The notes: generated from the letters alone by a model not told the origin. A stretch of DNA of 64,000 nucleotides from Candidatus Bathyarchaeota archaeon (GCA_963768425.1 CAVYHV010000008.1:32001-96000); one strand, 5' to 3'. Counted from the first letter of the stretch, positions 33,921 to 44,125 are shown. Translations and numbers: made by a program.

Positions 33921-35108
33921 ATGACAAATGTTGTTGTGAAAGAAGGAATAAATTGGGTCGGTGTCATCGACTGGAACATAAGAGATTTTCACGGGTACAT
34001 AACCAGTCGAGGTACAAGCTACAACGCATACTTGATCAGGGACGAAAAAAACGCGCTTATTGACACTGTGAAATGCAACTTCGCTGAAGAACTTGCACGA
34101 AATATCGAAGAGCTTGTTAGCCCTGAAAAAATCGATTATATCATCGTTAATCATGTTGAGATGGACCATTCAGGCAGCCTTCCCGAAATCGCCAAACTTT
34201 GTAAAAACGCTAAGATTATTGCTTGCCAAAGAGGGAAAGACGCGCTTATCGAGCATTACGGCCCAGAATTTGACCGGGTTGAAGTGGTCAAAACAGGCGA
34301 CGAACTTAAACTTGGGAAGCATACGTTGCGGTTTTTGGAGACGCCTATGCTGCATTGGCCTGACAGCATGTTCACTTATCTTGTTGAAGACAAGATCTTG
34401 ATGTCAAACGACGCTTTCGGGGAACATTATGCTACTTCGGCACGTTTCGACGACGAAGTTGACCAGCAGGAACTAATGGAGGAAGCTCGAACATACTACG
34501 CCAACATCCTCACGCCTTTCGCGCCGCTTATCACACGCAAGATACAGGAAGTCGTGCAAATGGGTATCCCAATAGAAATTATTGCGCCTGACCATGGAGT
34601 TATATGGCGTAAAGACCCATCAAAAATCATTAATGCATACCTGCAGTGGAGCGCATTTAAGTCTGTAGATAAGGTCGTGGTTGTTTTTGATACGATGTGG
34701 GGAAGTACGGACAAGATGGCGCGGGCAATCGAGGAAGGTGTGGCAAGCGAAGGCGTAGAAGTTAGAGTTCTTAAGCTTCGAGCAACCGACAACACTGACG
34801 TCGTAACTGAAATCCTGGAGGCAAAAGCTGTAATTGTTGGTTCTCCGACCCTTAACAGCCAAATGTTTCCAACACTGGCCTCTTTCTTGACCTACATAAC
34901 TGGATTGAAGCCTAAGGGTAAACTGTGGGCGTTTTTCGGGTCCTATGGGTGGGGCGGCGGCGCAGTAAGAGGCATGGTTGAAATGGCGAAGAAAGTAGGC
35001 TTCGAAGTTTACGAGCCAACTGTCGAGGTTAAATACATTCCAGACATGGACGACTTAAAAAAATGCTTTGACTTTGGACAGCAAATCGCCCAAAAAATCA
35101 AAGCCTGA
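33921..35108 (+). CDS. fprA: flavodiiron protein (class A)
   Basis: HVEMDHSG, LHWPD, DAFG, PDHG, flavodoxin domain TMWGST / FGSYGW. Confidence 0.96.
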   Translation: MTNVVVKEGINWVGVIDWNIRDFHGYITSRGTSYNAYLIRDEKNALIDTVKCNFAEELARNIEELVSPEKIDYIIVNHVEMDHSGSLPEIAKLCKNAKIIACQRGKDALIEHYGPEFDRVEVVKTGDELKLGKHTLRFLETPMLHWPDSMFTYLVEDKILMSNDAFGEHYATSARFDDEVDQQELMEEARTYYANILTPFAPLITRKIQEVVQMGIPIEIIAPDHGVIWRKDPSKIINAYLQWSAFKSVDKVVVVFDTMWGSTDKMARAIEEGVASEGVEVRVLKLRATDNTDVVTEILEAKAVIVGSPTLNSQMFPTLASFLTYITGLKPKGKLWAFFGSYGWGGGAVRGMVEMAKKVGFEVYEPTVEVKYIPDMDDLKKCFDFGQQIAQKIKA

Positions 35109-35337
35109 CCTTTTGCTTTTTCTCCCTACGTTCTATTTTGCGAAATACAATTCTAAGTAAGCGGTTAACCCAAAGTTGATATCCTGTAATCCAAATCCAA
35201 CGGGATCTTTAATTTCACCTTATCTATAAGAGAGGTATTTGCTGCGACAATCATCTCTGGCAATAGACGCAGCGGATTTATTGTTATTTTACTTTGGAAG
35301 AAATAAAAAAAGTGGAAACAAAATAGGGTTAATGCGC

Positions 35338-35841
35338 TTACTTTATCAACATGAATTTTTCTTTCGGCGTACCGCATATCGGACAGTTATCGGGTGCGTT
35401 GCCTTCGAAGGTGTTTCCGCAGACGGGGCAAACCCAGTAATCCGCTTTTGCTGGCTGAGTTTTACTTTTCAGGGCATCAAGCGCTCTTTGGTACATAGCT
35501 GCGTGGATTTGCTCAACTTTATTCGCATAGTCAAAGCTGATTTCAGCTTTTTTGTTTCCCTCTTTTTTAGCTTCAGCGATGAAGTCAGGGTACATTTTCT
35601 TAAACTCGTATGTTTCGCCACTAACTGCTGTACCGAGGTTGTCGCTTGTTGATTTTACTTGCCCCATAACTTTCAGGTGGTTATGAGCGTGCACAGTTTC
35701 TGCTTCAGCGGCTGCTCTGAATAGTTTAGCGACTTGTGGGAAGCCTTCTTCGTCTGCTTTCTTTGCGAAAGCTAGGTACATTCGATTTGCTTGGGATTCG
35801 CCTGCGAATGCGTCCTTGAGGTTTTGATCTGTTTTAGTCAT
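35338..35841 (-). CDS. rbr: rubrerythrin
   Basis: AFAGESQA, ETVHA, VEQIH, CPVCG..CPICG. Confidence 0.96.
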   Translation of the reverse strand: MTKTDQNLKDAFAGESQANRMYLAFAKKADEEGFPQVAKLFRAAAEAETVHAHNHLKVMGQVKSTSDNLGTAVSGETYEFKKMYPDFIAEAKKEGNKKAEISFDYANKVEQIHAAMYQRALDALKSKTQPAKADYWVCPVCGNTFEGNAPDNCPICGTPKEKFMLIK

Positions 35842-35968
35842 AAAAATCACTGCAAATAGTAAATTGAAATGGAGGTTATAAGCTAATCTGATTTTGCCTG
35901 AATTTCTTTTAAGGTAAAGTATATTAGTTGTTTTATCCTTTGGTTTGGTTTAGTTTTTGGTGAATTTT

Positions 35969-36577
35969 ATGGAGAAAGTAAAATCATTTAGTCTTCCAAA
36001 ATTGCCTTACGACTACAATGCACTGGAACCTTACATTTCAGAGACGCAGCTTAAGCTTCACCATGACAAACACCACCAAGCATACGTGAACGGCGCCAAC
36101 GCAGACTTCGAAAAACTCGACAAGGCACGCAAAGAAAACGCTGAAGTTGACATGAAAGCTCTACTCAAAGACTTATCCTTCAACATCGGCGGTCACCTTT
36201 TGCACTCAACGTTCTGGGAAAACATGGCGCCCGCAGGCAAAGGCGGCGGAGGACAACCCGGCGGAGCATTAGCCGACGCACTCAACAAGGAATTCGGAAG
36301 CTTCGAGCAGTTCAAGAAAGAATTTACGAAAGCTGCGGCGACAACGGAAGGTTCAGGATGGGCTGCCTTAGCCGTTCACCCGTGCGTAGAGAGACCGCTG
36401 ATTATGCAGATTGAGAAGCACAACGTTAACGTTTACCCGACATTCAAAATCCTCATGGTTCTGGATGTCTGGGAGCACGCATACTACGTTGACTATAAGA
36501 ATGAGCGACCCAAGTTTATCGAAGCTTTCTGGAACGTCGTAAACTGGGACAGAGTGAACAAAAACTTAAGCCTTTAA
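35969..36577 (+). CDS. sod: Fe/Mn superoxide dismutase
   Basis: [21 protein letters not shown]. Confidence 0.97.
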   Translation: MEKVKSFSLPKLPYDYNALEPYISETQLKLHHDKHHQAYVNGANADFEKLDKARKENAEVDMKALLKDLSFNIGGHLLHSTFWENMAPAGKGGGGQPGGALADALNKEFGSFEQFKKEFTKAAATTEGSGWAALAVHPCVERPLIMQIEKHNVNVYPTFKILMVLDVWEHAYYVDYKNERPKFIEAFWNVVNWDRVNKNLSL

Positions 36578-36647
36578 AAGTAGACACTCAAGTCACAAAT
36601 CTTTTTTTCTTTAGTTTTTAGCCGAGTTTTCTAATTTTTGCCATTAT

Positions 36648-37320
36648 TTAAGCCGAGGTGGAGTTTCCGCTTTCCATGCTTTTGAGCAGGTCCCTTTGTC
36701 TTTTGCTGTAGACTGTCGATAACCCTTTTTGAATGTAGATGGACACTGCGGCTATGCTTTTTGTCGGGTCGTCTCTCATTTTTATAGAGTACAGGTGCAC
36801 AAGTTTGGTGCCTACTTCGTCTTTGGAAATCTGACCCGTCGTCAGCCTCAGGGCAAGCGAAACAGCGTCGCTGATCGAGCCGCCGGCAGCAACTATCCTG
36901 ATTTTTTCAAATCTTGCTAGCCTCAAAAGACTTATGGTGAGAAGCCTTTCCAAACTGGCTGTCCTGCTTACGCTGACGGTTTGCTCTTCGACATCTTCAA
37001 ATCCCTTTTCCTCTTGTTCTGCTGCTGTGTGCATAATCCCCAATTTGCTTTTGTCCCAGATGCACAGCAATGGCTGATGCTTTATTGACCGCTGTCGTTT
37101 TGAGACTTCCAATGTAGATGTCTTCAACGTAGACTTTGGCGATTTCCGAAGCCATATTCACGGCTGAACAAGCTAAAAAAATTCCGTCTTCTACCCCAAC
37201 AACGTCGACTTCGCCTGCCTCCAGTATGCAGGAGATTATTTCTTCAACAACATCGGTGGTTTTTGCCGAAGCGTCAGATGGCAGAACCGCAATAACTTTG
37301 CCTTTTGGTCCGCTACTCAT
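36648..37320 (-). CDS. putative tandem Alba-like two-domain protein (indel near 37030)
   Basis: Two units: EVDVVGVEDGIFLACSAVN..IYIGS..AIAVHL and KIRIVAAGGSISDAVSLAL..AVSIYIQK, resembling the Alba fold. Confidence 0.55.
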
Positions 37321-37394
37321 ACAGGGTGCCCAATGCAATATTTGGAGCGTCTGCTAATATAATATTTGCCAAATAAAAACAGAAGAGGCTCCGT

Positions 37395-37709
37395 TTAGTG
37401 CGGAGTAATTTTTATCGCTTGAGCCGGGCACTGCATCTCGCATGCAAGGCATTGTATGCAGTCGTTTTCACGTGCAGGGTCAGATTTGCGTTCACTCAGC
37501 GGGTGCCCGGGCGATTCAGCCCAATCATAAAGCGAAACCGGGCAAACGTCGATGCATACGCCGTCTCCGACGCAGCTATCCCAATCCACAGCGCTTGTTG
37601 TTCCATGAATTCCCAGTTTCTCCGGGGCTACTACAGGTCCCCAGACTTTGTGTCCGTTATGTTCGCCAACCACTTGGCGTTTTGTTTGAAAATCAGGGTC
37701 AATAGGCAA
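37395..37709 (-). CDS. zfx: zinc-containing ferredoxin (Sulfolobus/Thermoplasma Zfx type)
   Basis: IDPDF...GEHNGHKVWGP...LGIHG, C..DG.C...CP, K.DP, C..C..C...CP. Confidence 0.9.
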   Translation of the reverse strand: MPIDPDFQTKRQVVGEHNGHKVWGPVVAPEKLGIHGTTSAVDWDSCVGDGVCIDVCPVSLYDWAESPGHPLSERKSDPARENDCIQCLACEMQCPAQAIKITPH

Positions 37710-37816
37710 AAGTTTCACCACTAAAAAGCACCGAAGCGCCAAATATTAGGGTTTCTCCGGTTCAGTTTTGCGTAAAACCTTTTTCGGTTAGTTCTCCATT
37801 TCCATTAGTGGTTATT

Positions 37817-38581
37817 ATGGTACAATATTATCTGCCCCTCGGCATGAGATACACCACTTTAGATGAAAGAAAACAGTTTTACACCGAAGAGTTTAATCTG
37901 CAATCTGTAGCTCAATGGTTCAGCAGTCAACAGGGCAGGGTCAGGTTTGCGGTTATCATTGGCAGGCACACCAAAATCTACCCTGAAAAATACAAGGAAG
38001 ATGCTTCAACAACAATTGTGGTTGACGAATACTCTGATTTGGAGGATTTGCGGCTGCAAATACTTGACTTTTTGCCAGAAGCAGTTTATTACGACCGAAC
38101 TGTCTACGATGCGAACGGCGGCAAAACGGGGCAGGAACTCGCTTTTGATCTTGATCCAGAAAACATCACCTGCCCAGTTCACGGTACTTTAGCGGACAAG
38201 ATGAAGAGACAACAGGGTTTGAGTTTCTGCGAGCTGGAGTTGGAAATGGTAAAGCAGGAAGCAGTTAGCATCTTTGAGTACCTTGGTAACCGTTTTTCAG
38301 AAATCAAATGTGTTTATTCAGGTAGAGGTTTTCACATTCACGTCTTTGACAAGGAAGCTTACCTTCTGAGTAGTCAGGAAAGGCTTGATTTGGCGCGAGA
38401 AGTAAAGGGCATTGGCTTCCACATTGACGAGTGGGTTACCTCGGGGGAAATGCGTTTGATTCGGCTGCCTTTTAGCCTGAATGGCTTAGTTTCGAGAATT
38501 GTGTTACCACTAACAAAGGGGGAACTTGAAAGATTCGACGCCGTCCATGACGAGCGTTGCCTGCCAAAATTTCTGAGATAA
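37817..38581 (+). CDS. PriS-like archaeo-eukaryotic primase catalytic domain protein
   Basis: ELAFDLD, YSGRGFHIHV, IDEWVT..RLIRLP.SL motifs. Confidence 0.85.
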   Translation: MVQYYLPLGMRYTTLDERKQFYTEEFNLQSVAQWFSSQQGRVRFAVIIGRHTKIYPEKYKEDASTTIVVDEYSDLEDLRLQILDFLPEAVYYDRTVYDANGGKTGQELAFDLDPENITCPVHGTLADKMKRQQGLSFCELELEMVKQEAVSIFEYLGNRFSEIKCVYSGRGFHIHVFDKEAYLLSSQERLDLAREVKGIGFHIDEWVTSGEMRLIRLPFSLNGLVSRIVLPLTKGELERFDAVHDERCLPKFLR

Positions 38582-38585
38582 CGCC

Positions 38586-38693
38586 TTATTTTTTGACTTC
38601 TTTGGCTTTTTTCTCGCTTTTGGCATAGTACGCTTTCTTTTTCTTTTCCTCTTCAGCTTTAGTGGGTTTGGCTGGTTTTGCTGTTTTTGCCAT
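38586..38693 (-). CDS. 35-aa Lys/Ala-rich basic peptide
   Basis: MAKTAKPAKPTKAEEEKKKKAYYAKSEKKAKEVKK with GAGG upstream. Confidence 0.55.
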   Translation of the reverse strand: MAKTAKPAKPTKAEEEKKKKAYYAKSEKKAKEVKK

Positions 38694-38810
38694 TAAAATC
38701 CTCAAATAACTTAACCATAACTCGCATAAAAGATTTTCCAACTGCATAAGTGTCAGTTGAAAAGTTTATTTGTTTTTGCTTTTTTCTTTCCATATGCAGA
38801 AGGTTTTGTT

Positions 38811-39020
38811 ATGGAGAAGTTTGATGTAATCGTTGTGGGGTCAGGCTCGGGAATGCTTGTGGCTTCAGCGGTTGTTGGCTAAGGGCGAGGGCGGCTTTGG
38901 TTGAGTATTGAAAATGGAGGGCATTTGCATAAAACGTCGGTTGCTTTTCTTCAAAGATGTTGACTTGCTCAACAGACGTTATTGCCACGATTCAAACGGC
39001 GGGAAAACCAGGGGTCAATC
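38811..39020 (+). pseudogene. 5' remnant of a class-I pyridine nucleotide-disulfide oxidoreductase (dihydrolipoyl dehydrogenase-like)
   Basis: MEKFDVIVVGSGSG, then in-frame stops and a decayed G.C.NVGC..SKML; remainder absent. Confidence 0.8.
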
Positions 39021-39102
39021 AGTTTGACCTAAAACCTAAATTTTTAAATCTAAAAAGTTATATGCCCCTGCAGGCAACTGTTTCTAGCAGAGTTGTTTTG
39101 AT

Positions 39103-39387
39103 ATGAATATTTCTAAAGTTGCTGGCAAGAACAACAAGCACAGAGTTTTCGTTTACGCGTTAAGCACATGCGTATGGTGTAAACTAACAAAACAGTACCT
39201 GAACGAAAACAATATCGCGTACGAATACGTTGATGTTGACTTGGCAGAAGAGGAAGACAAACAGAAAATTCGCGACACAATTCAGAACATGGGCGGCATG
39301 CTGAGCTACCCCACCACGATTGTCGATGACAAAGTTGTGATTACCGGTTTCCGCAAGGACAAACTCAAAGAGGTTCTTGAAATTTGA
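39103..39387 (+). CDS. glutaredoxin-like protein
   Basis: LSTCVWC, SYPT, GF motifs. Confidence 0.92.
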   Translation: MNISKVAGKNNKHRVFVYALSTCVWCKLTKQYLNENNIAYEYVDVDLAEEEDKQKIRDTIQNMGGMLSYPTTIVDDKVVITGFRKDKLKEVLEI

Positions 39388-39956
39388 TCACCCTTGAAGA
39401 AGTACGTAAAAGAGCCGAAGCAGACGCCAAAACCTATGGATACTTCCTTACTCCTCAACCGGATCTGCTTCAAGGTTTTCTTGAAGGATTAAAGACGAAT
39501 GAAGACCGCTACGGCTACCCGCTGTGTCCATGCAGACTCACCTCAAACAACTTCGAATTCGACCGCGATATCATCTGCCCCTGCGACTACCGTGACCCAG
39601 ACGTCGCACAATACGGCTCATGTTACTGCCGCCTCTACGTCAACAAACAAGTGTACGAAAGCAAAAACCTGCCAGAAGTCCCGGAGCGAAGACCACTAGA
39701 CAAGCAGGCAAGAGCATACGGATCTCAAACGGGCGCCTCGGCTAAACCGACAACAGCGGGAGTAGACCAAAAGAAACCCCCCACGGCATCGCCGGAAGTA
39801 GGGAAAGCTCAGCCTACAGTCAAAAAGAAGCTATGGTATTGCAAACAATGCGGTTACGTGGTTTTCAGAGAGGACCCGCCATACGTCTGCCCTATATGCA
39901 AGGCGAAAAAGGAATTATTCGCGGAAATAGAGAGTTCAGTGGAGTTCAAGGGCTAA
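39384..39956 (+). CDS. ferredoxin:thioredoxin reductase catalytic domain fused to a C-terminal rubredoxin-like domain
   Basis: CPC, CPC, CYC motifs; low-complexity linker; CKQCG..CPIC. Confidence 0.92.
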   Translation: MITLEEVRKRAEADAKTYGYFLTPQPDLLQGFLEGLKTNEDRYGYPLCPCRLTSNNFEFDRDIICPCDYRDPDVAQYGSCYCRLYVNKQVYESKNLPEVPERRPLDKQARAYGSQTGASAKPTTAGVDQKKPPTASPEVGKAQPTVKKKLWYCKQCGYVVFREDPPYVCPICKAKKELFAEIESSVEFKG

Positions 39957-39958
39957 AC

Positions 39959-40108
39959 TTATTTCTTGATTTCTATTTCGATTTTTTTCCAATCATCCTT
40001 TATTCCACGCAAAGAAGTTACCGCGCCAGTTATTGTTCCACTCATGATTTTTTCCACAAACTCGTTTAAGGGGATTTCTTTTTCGTCAACTTTTAGTTTT
40101 AAACTCAA
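39959..40108 (-). CDS. 49-aa protein resembling the MobB C-terminal extension domain
   Basis: MSLKLKVDEKEIPLNEFVEKIMSGTITGAVTSLRGIKDDWKKIEIEIKK; GGTGA RBS. Confidence 0.75.
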   Translation of the reverse strand: MSLKLKVDEKEIPLNEFVEKIMSGTITGAVTSLRGIKDDWKKIEIEIKK

Positions 40109-40172
40109 CTCAAATTCACCTGCAGTACTGCTTATCAAATTTGAGGTAAAAGGCTTTTGCCGAAGACAGTTA

Positions 40173-40739
40173 TCAGATTCTTGGCGTGGACGGTTTGATG
40201 GTTACTCTAAGTTTGGTGAGGTTTTCTTTTATCTCTGCTTTGACGCCCATGGCTGAGAAGTATTCTTCAAGGAACACTCTAATAAAATCCTTCGACATCT
40301 CGGATACCAAGACTAGAGTGTAGTCGTTCGGGGCGTTCTTCGTGAGGCGGTAAAAGTTGCAGACCTCAAGTCGCGTCAACATTTCTTCGGGTGAACGAAC
40401 CTTCGTTTTAAGCTGTTCCCAATGGGCGCGGGCTACTTCTTTGTGTTCGCTCCAGAACTTTTCTTTCTCAGGCGATGAAGCAATAAGGCTTAGGAACATG
40501 AGCCAGTGGTCAACGTCGAGGATTATGTGTTCGCCGCCAAGTAGCATGTCCATGTAGCCGTGGATTTTTTTCTTGACTGCAGGATCTTCGAGAGCCATGT
40601 TTTCGTTGTAGAATTTTAGGGCGCGACGCATGATTTCGCTCTGTGAGACTTCTGATTCTTTGCTTATTTTTTCGAGCAGGTCAGCTGTTGTTTTGTCGAA
40701 GGCGACTGTTACTCTTGTTGGGTTAACCATGGTTGCCAC
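40173..40739 (-). CDS. ribbon-helix-helix (CopG) regulator with C-terminal sensor-like domain
   Basis: RVTVAFD...SQSEIMRRAL RHH motif. Confidence 0.85.
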   Translation of the reverse strand: MATMVNPTRVTVAFDKTTADLLEKISKESEVSQSEIMRRALKFYNENMALEDPAVKKKIHGYMDMLLGGEHIILDVDHWLMFLSLIASSPEKEKFWSEHKEVARAHWEQLKTKVRSPEEMLTRLEVCNFYRLTKNAPNDYTLVLVSEMSKDFIRVFLEEYFSAMGVKAEIKENLTKLRVTIKPSTPRI

Positions 40740-40952
40740 TTCAGATGAATTACGTATTTTCAGATTATTAGAAATTATATAAACATTGCGCTAGATAATG
40801 ACAGATTGTACTCGTCAAATTTAAAGAATAAGCAACTATTACTAAACAAATGTTGAACCCATCAGAGTGCTTTGCAGGTCAAAAATCTTTTATTGCCGCC
40901 CCCCTTAATTTCATAATGCTCGACTCACACCTATTTCTGAGAGGAACAAAAA

Positions 40953-41613
40953 ATGAAAAAACCCGAAATTTACCTTGAACCCAAAGCCCGCGTCGCAAAA
41001 ATAATCGAGTTACTTGAAAAGCAGTATCCCGACGCAAAAACCGCTCTCAACTACTCCAACCCACTGGAAATGCTTGTCGCCACCATGCTTTCCGCCCAAA
41101 CAACCGACGCACAAGTCAACATAGTAACCCAAAGCCTATTCAAGAAATACCACACACCCGAGGATTACGCAAACGCCGACATAAAAGAGCTGGAGCAAGA
41201 CATACATTCAACAGGCTTCTACCATAACAAAGCCAGAAACCTGCAAAACTGCTGCCGAATGCTCGTGGAGAAATTCCATTCGCAGGTGCCGAAAACAATG
41301 GAGGAGCTGCTGGAGCTGCCTGGCGTCGCAAGAAAAACAGCCAACATCGTGCTAAACAACTCTTACGGCATAATCGCTGGCGTAGCAGTTGACACTCATG
41401 TCCACAGGCTTTCACAGCGGCTTGGCTTAACCGAAAACGATGACGCCGCACAAAATAGAGCAGGACCTAATGCAAATCACGCCGAAAGAGAAATGGATGA
41501 AACTCACTGACCTGCTGATTTTCCATGGACGGCAAGTCTGCATCGCAAAAAAACCCAAATGCGACATATGCGTTCTGAACAAGATTTGCCCATGCGCTTT
41601 TGAATTCGGCTAA
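40953..41613 (+). CDS. nth: endonuclease III (1 indel)
   Basis: LSAQTTD, LPGVARKTAN, VDTHV, HGRQVC...PKC..C.....CP. Confidence 0.95.
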
Positions 41614-41670
41614 AAAACATCACCCATTTATACGCCTTCATATTTCCATAGAATTTAGGACCTGAATTTT

Positions 41671-42150
41671 ATGGAAACAAAAGTTAAAGTTGGAGACAAG
41701 GCACCAGATTTTACTCTTCCTGACACTGACAAGAAGCCAAGAAGCCTCAAGGAGTTTTTGGGGCAAAAAGTCGTTTTGGCTTTTTTCGTCGGAGCCTTCA
41801 CTGTCGACATGCACAAAAGAGATGTGTGAGTTCCGCGATTCGATGGCTCGGCTTACCGACTTAAAAGCGCAAGTCATAGGAATAAGCGTCAACGACCCTT
41901 TCAGCAACAAAGCTTTCGCGGAGAAAAACAGGTTGCCCTTCCCAGTGCTGAGCGACTACAACCGTGAAACCGTCAAAAAATACGGGTTAGAGCTCGCAGA
42001 CTTCGCTGGGCTCAAAGGGTACACGGTTGCGAAACGCTCAATATTCATCTTAGACAGAAGGGCGTGGTCAGGTACGTTTGGGTTTCAGACGATCCATCAG
42101 TTGAGCCTAACTATCAGGAGATTCAGAAAGCTCTGGAAGAAATCATGTAG
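41671..42150 (+). CDS. peroxiredoxin, BCP/AhpE-like (2 indels)
   Basis: [32 protein letters not shown]. Confidence 0.9.
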
Positions 42151-42642
42151 ACGCAGGCTTCTTCTTCATAAGCACTGTGTAGAAGAAGCAACTTGCCATT
42201 TGTAGCTTTTACTTCAGAAGCTAAACGGTGGTGTTCAACCATCAAACACCTATCCATAACAACAATCAAACCCGCGCGCCTGCCCGCTTCAGCTGCTTCT
42301 TCGTTGACTATTCCAAGCTGCATCCAAACCACAAAGGGCTTTCCGTTCTTCTGCTTCAGCTTGATGGCTTGCTCCATTATCGGCGGCACATCTTCTGCTG
42401 GTCTGAAGACGTCGACGATTTCGATGGTTTTCTGGATTTCAGGCGGGATGTCAAGCAGGCTCGGGTAGCTTTTTTCGTCCAAGAACCTCGTCTGCGAACG
42501 GGTTGACTGGTATGATGCGGTAGCCATGCTGTTTTAGGTAGGCGCTGACTCTGTGGCTGTCTTTCTCAGGCTCTTTCGATAAGCCGACAACCGCGATAAC
42601 CCTGTATTTCTGCAGGATTTCTTTAATTACGTTTTGACTCAA
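42123..42642 (-). CDS. CoA-binding domain protein (indel; 3' end uncertain)
   Basis: IAVVGLS, IPVNP, VDVFRP, WMQLGI, VMDRC. Confidence 0.88.
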
Positions 42643-42669
42643 CTTTGCATCTCCATGTCTAACATTGCG

Positions 42670-43612
42670 CTAAGGCGCCTCGCTCAATGTTAACTCAAAA
42701 AAATGTTCCCTGCCGCTACGTACCGCAAGGATTCTGACGACTTCGCCAACCTTCTTCCCATGAATCTCATCGACCAAATCTTCAATTCTCCGTGTCTCAG
42801 CGTCGCTTATTTCCAAGATGATGTCGCCTTCAGCCATTCCAGCGGATTCCGCAGGACTACCCTCGGCGACCCTGGTCACTAAAACTCCATGGTCCACAGG
42901 CAACCCGTAGTAACGTGCGATTTGTCTTGTCAGAGTTAAGCCGACTATTCCCAGCCACGGCTTTTTGAGCGGTGCCGCCTACGACGATTTCGTCGGCGCA
43001 TGATTTTGCCGAGTTCACTGGGATTGCGAAACCGATGCCTTGGGCAAACGGGATAATCGCGGCGTTTATCGCTATCACTTTGCCTGTGACATCGACGAGT
43101 GGGACCGCCGCTGTTTCCAGGGTTAATGGATGCATCGGTTTGAACAAGGTTCTCTATCAAGCCGCTTTCGGACTCTATTGTTCTGTTGATTGCGCTGATT
43201 ACCCCTGAGGTTACGCTTGGACCGCCAGCCAACCCGAAGGGGTTGCCGATGGCGTAGACTCTTTGCCCAACCCTTATTTTATCTGAGTCGCCCAGTTCTG
43301 CCGCCTGAAGATTTCGTCCCTGCCCATCGACCTTAACTACGGCTATGTCGTGGATGGCGCAGGACCCCACGATTGTGCCTTCAACCACCTCGTTGGTGCC
43401 TAAGGTAACGTTGATTTTTTGGGCGCCGCCGACCACATGATTATTCGTTAAAATCAGCCCAGACGAATCAATTATGGTGCCTGAACCCTGTTCCGCGCAA
43501 CTGGCACTGCCTGATAGAAAATGTTGTGCACAAGCTTTACTGTGCTTATGTTAACTGCGGTTTTGCTTACCTTCGCGATTGTGTCTAAAATGGCGTTTTC
43601 GTCGTAGGACAT
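42670..43612 (-). CDS. HtrA/DegP-like S1C serine protease with PDZ domain, split by indels
   Basis: TNNHVV, DIAVVKV, AIGNPFG, QTDASINPGNSGGP, SPAESAG; no signal peptide seen. Confidence 0.92.
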
Positions 43613-43657
43613 CTGGTCCCCAAAAATCAAGGGTGCTTCGTTTTTAATAAATATTGG

Positions 43658-44059
43658 TTAGGGCTGCTTTAGCGGCAAAATAAACAGTTTTCCGCCCATT
43701 GCTTGGGCATTTCTTTTTGGCAGATGCGGGCACATTAAACCTTTTTTCCTGACGGCTTGGCATGTTTGGCAGAAGAGCTCGAGGACTTGTGACTTGTTGT
43801 TGGGCTCTTTTATCAGGATGGCGACCATTTGATTTATTAGCGCCAAAATTTCAGTTGAGTTTTCCAATGTAACCAGCATGTTTCCTCTTTCTTTGTTTAC
43901 GTATCTGCTGACTGCCGACTGGGACAGCCCCAGAAGTTCAGCCGTTTGCTGTTCGTTGAATCCGCGGTTTGTAACGATTTCTCTTGCCATGATGGCTTTT
44001 ACTGATGGCAAAACGGTTTTTACCCCTACCTCGCATGGAAGTATCAAGTTCGGCACCAA
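43658..44059 (-). CDS. HTH transcriptional regulator with Cys motifs (COG2522-like)
   Basis: LPCE, AELLGLSQSAVSRY, FCQTC, C-terminal Cys; tail probably frameshifted. Confidence 0.85.
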   Translation of the reverse strand: MVPNLILPCEVGVKTVLPSVKAIMAREIVTNRGFNEQQTAELLGLSQSAVSRYVNKERGNMLVTLENSTEILALINQMVAILIKEPNNKSQVLELFCQTCQAVRKKGLMCPHLPKRNAQAMGGKLFILPLKQP

Positions 44060-44092
44060 TTAGGGTTATTTTTGGGGAAAACTTATTTAAAC

Positions 44093-44125
44093 ATGACGCT
44101 TGTCATATACTATGACGCGTGTCAT
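44093..44125. promoter_or_regulatory. tandem palindromic operators ATGAC-N4-GTCAT
   Basis: ATGACGCTTGTCAT (44093-44106) and ATGACGCGTGTCAT (44112-44125) between divergent regulators. Confidence 0.65.
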
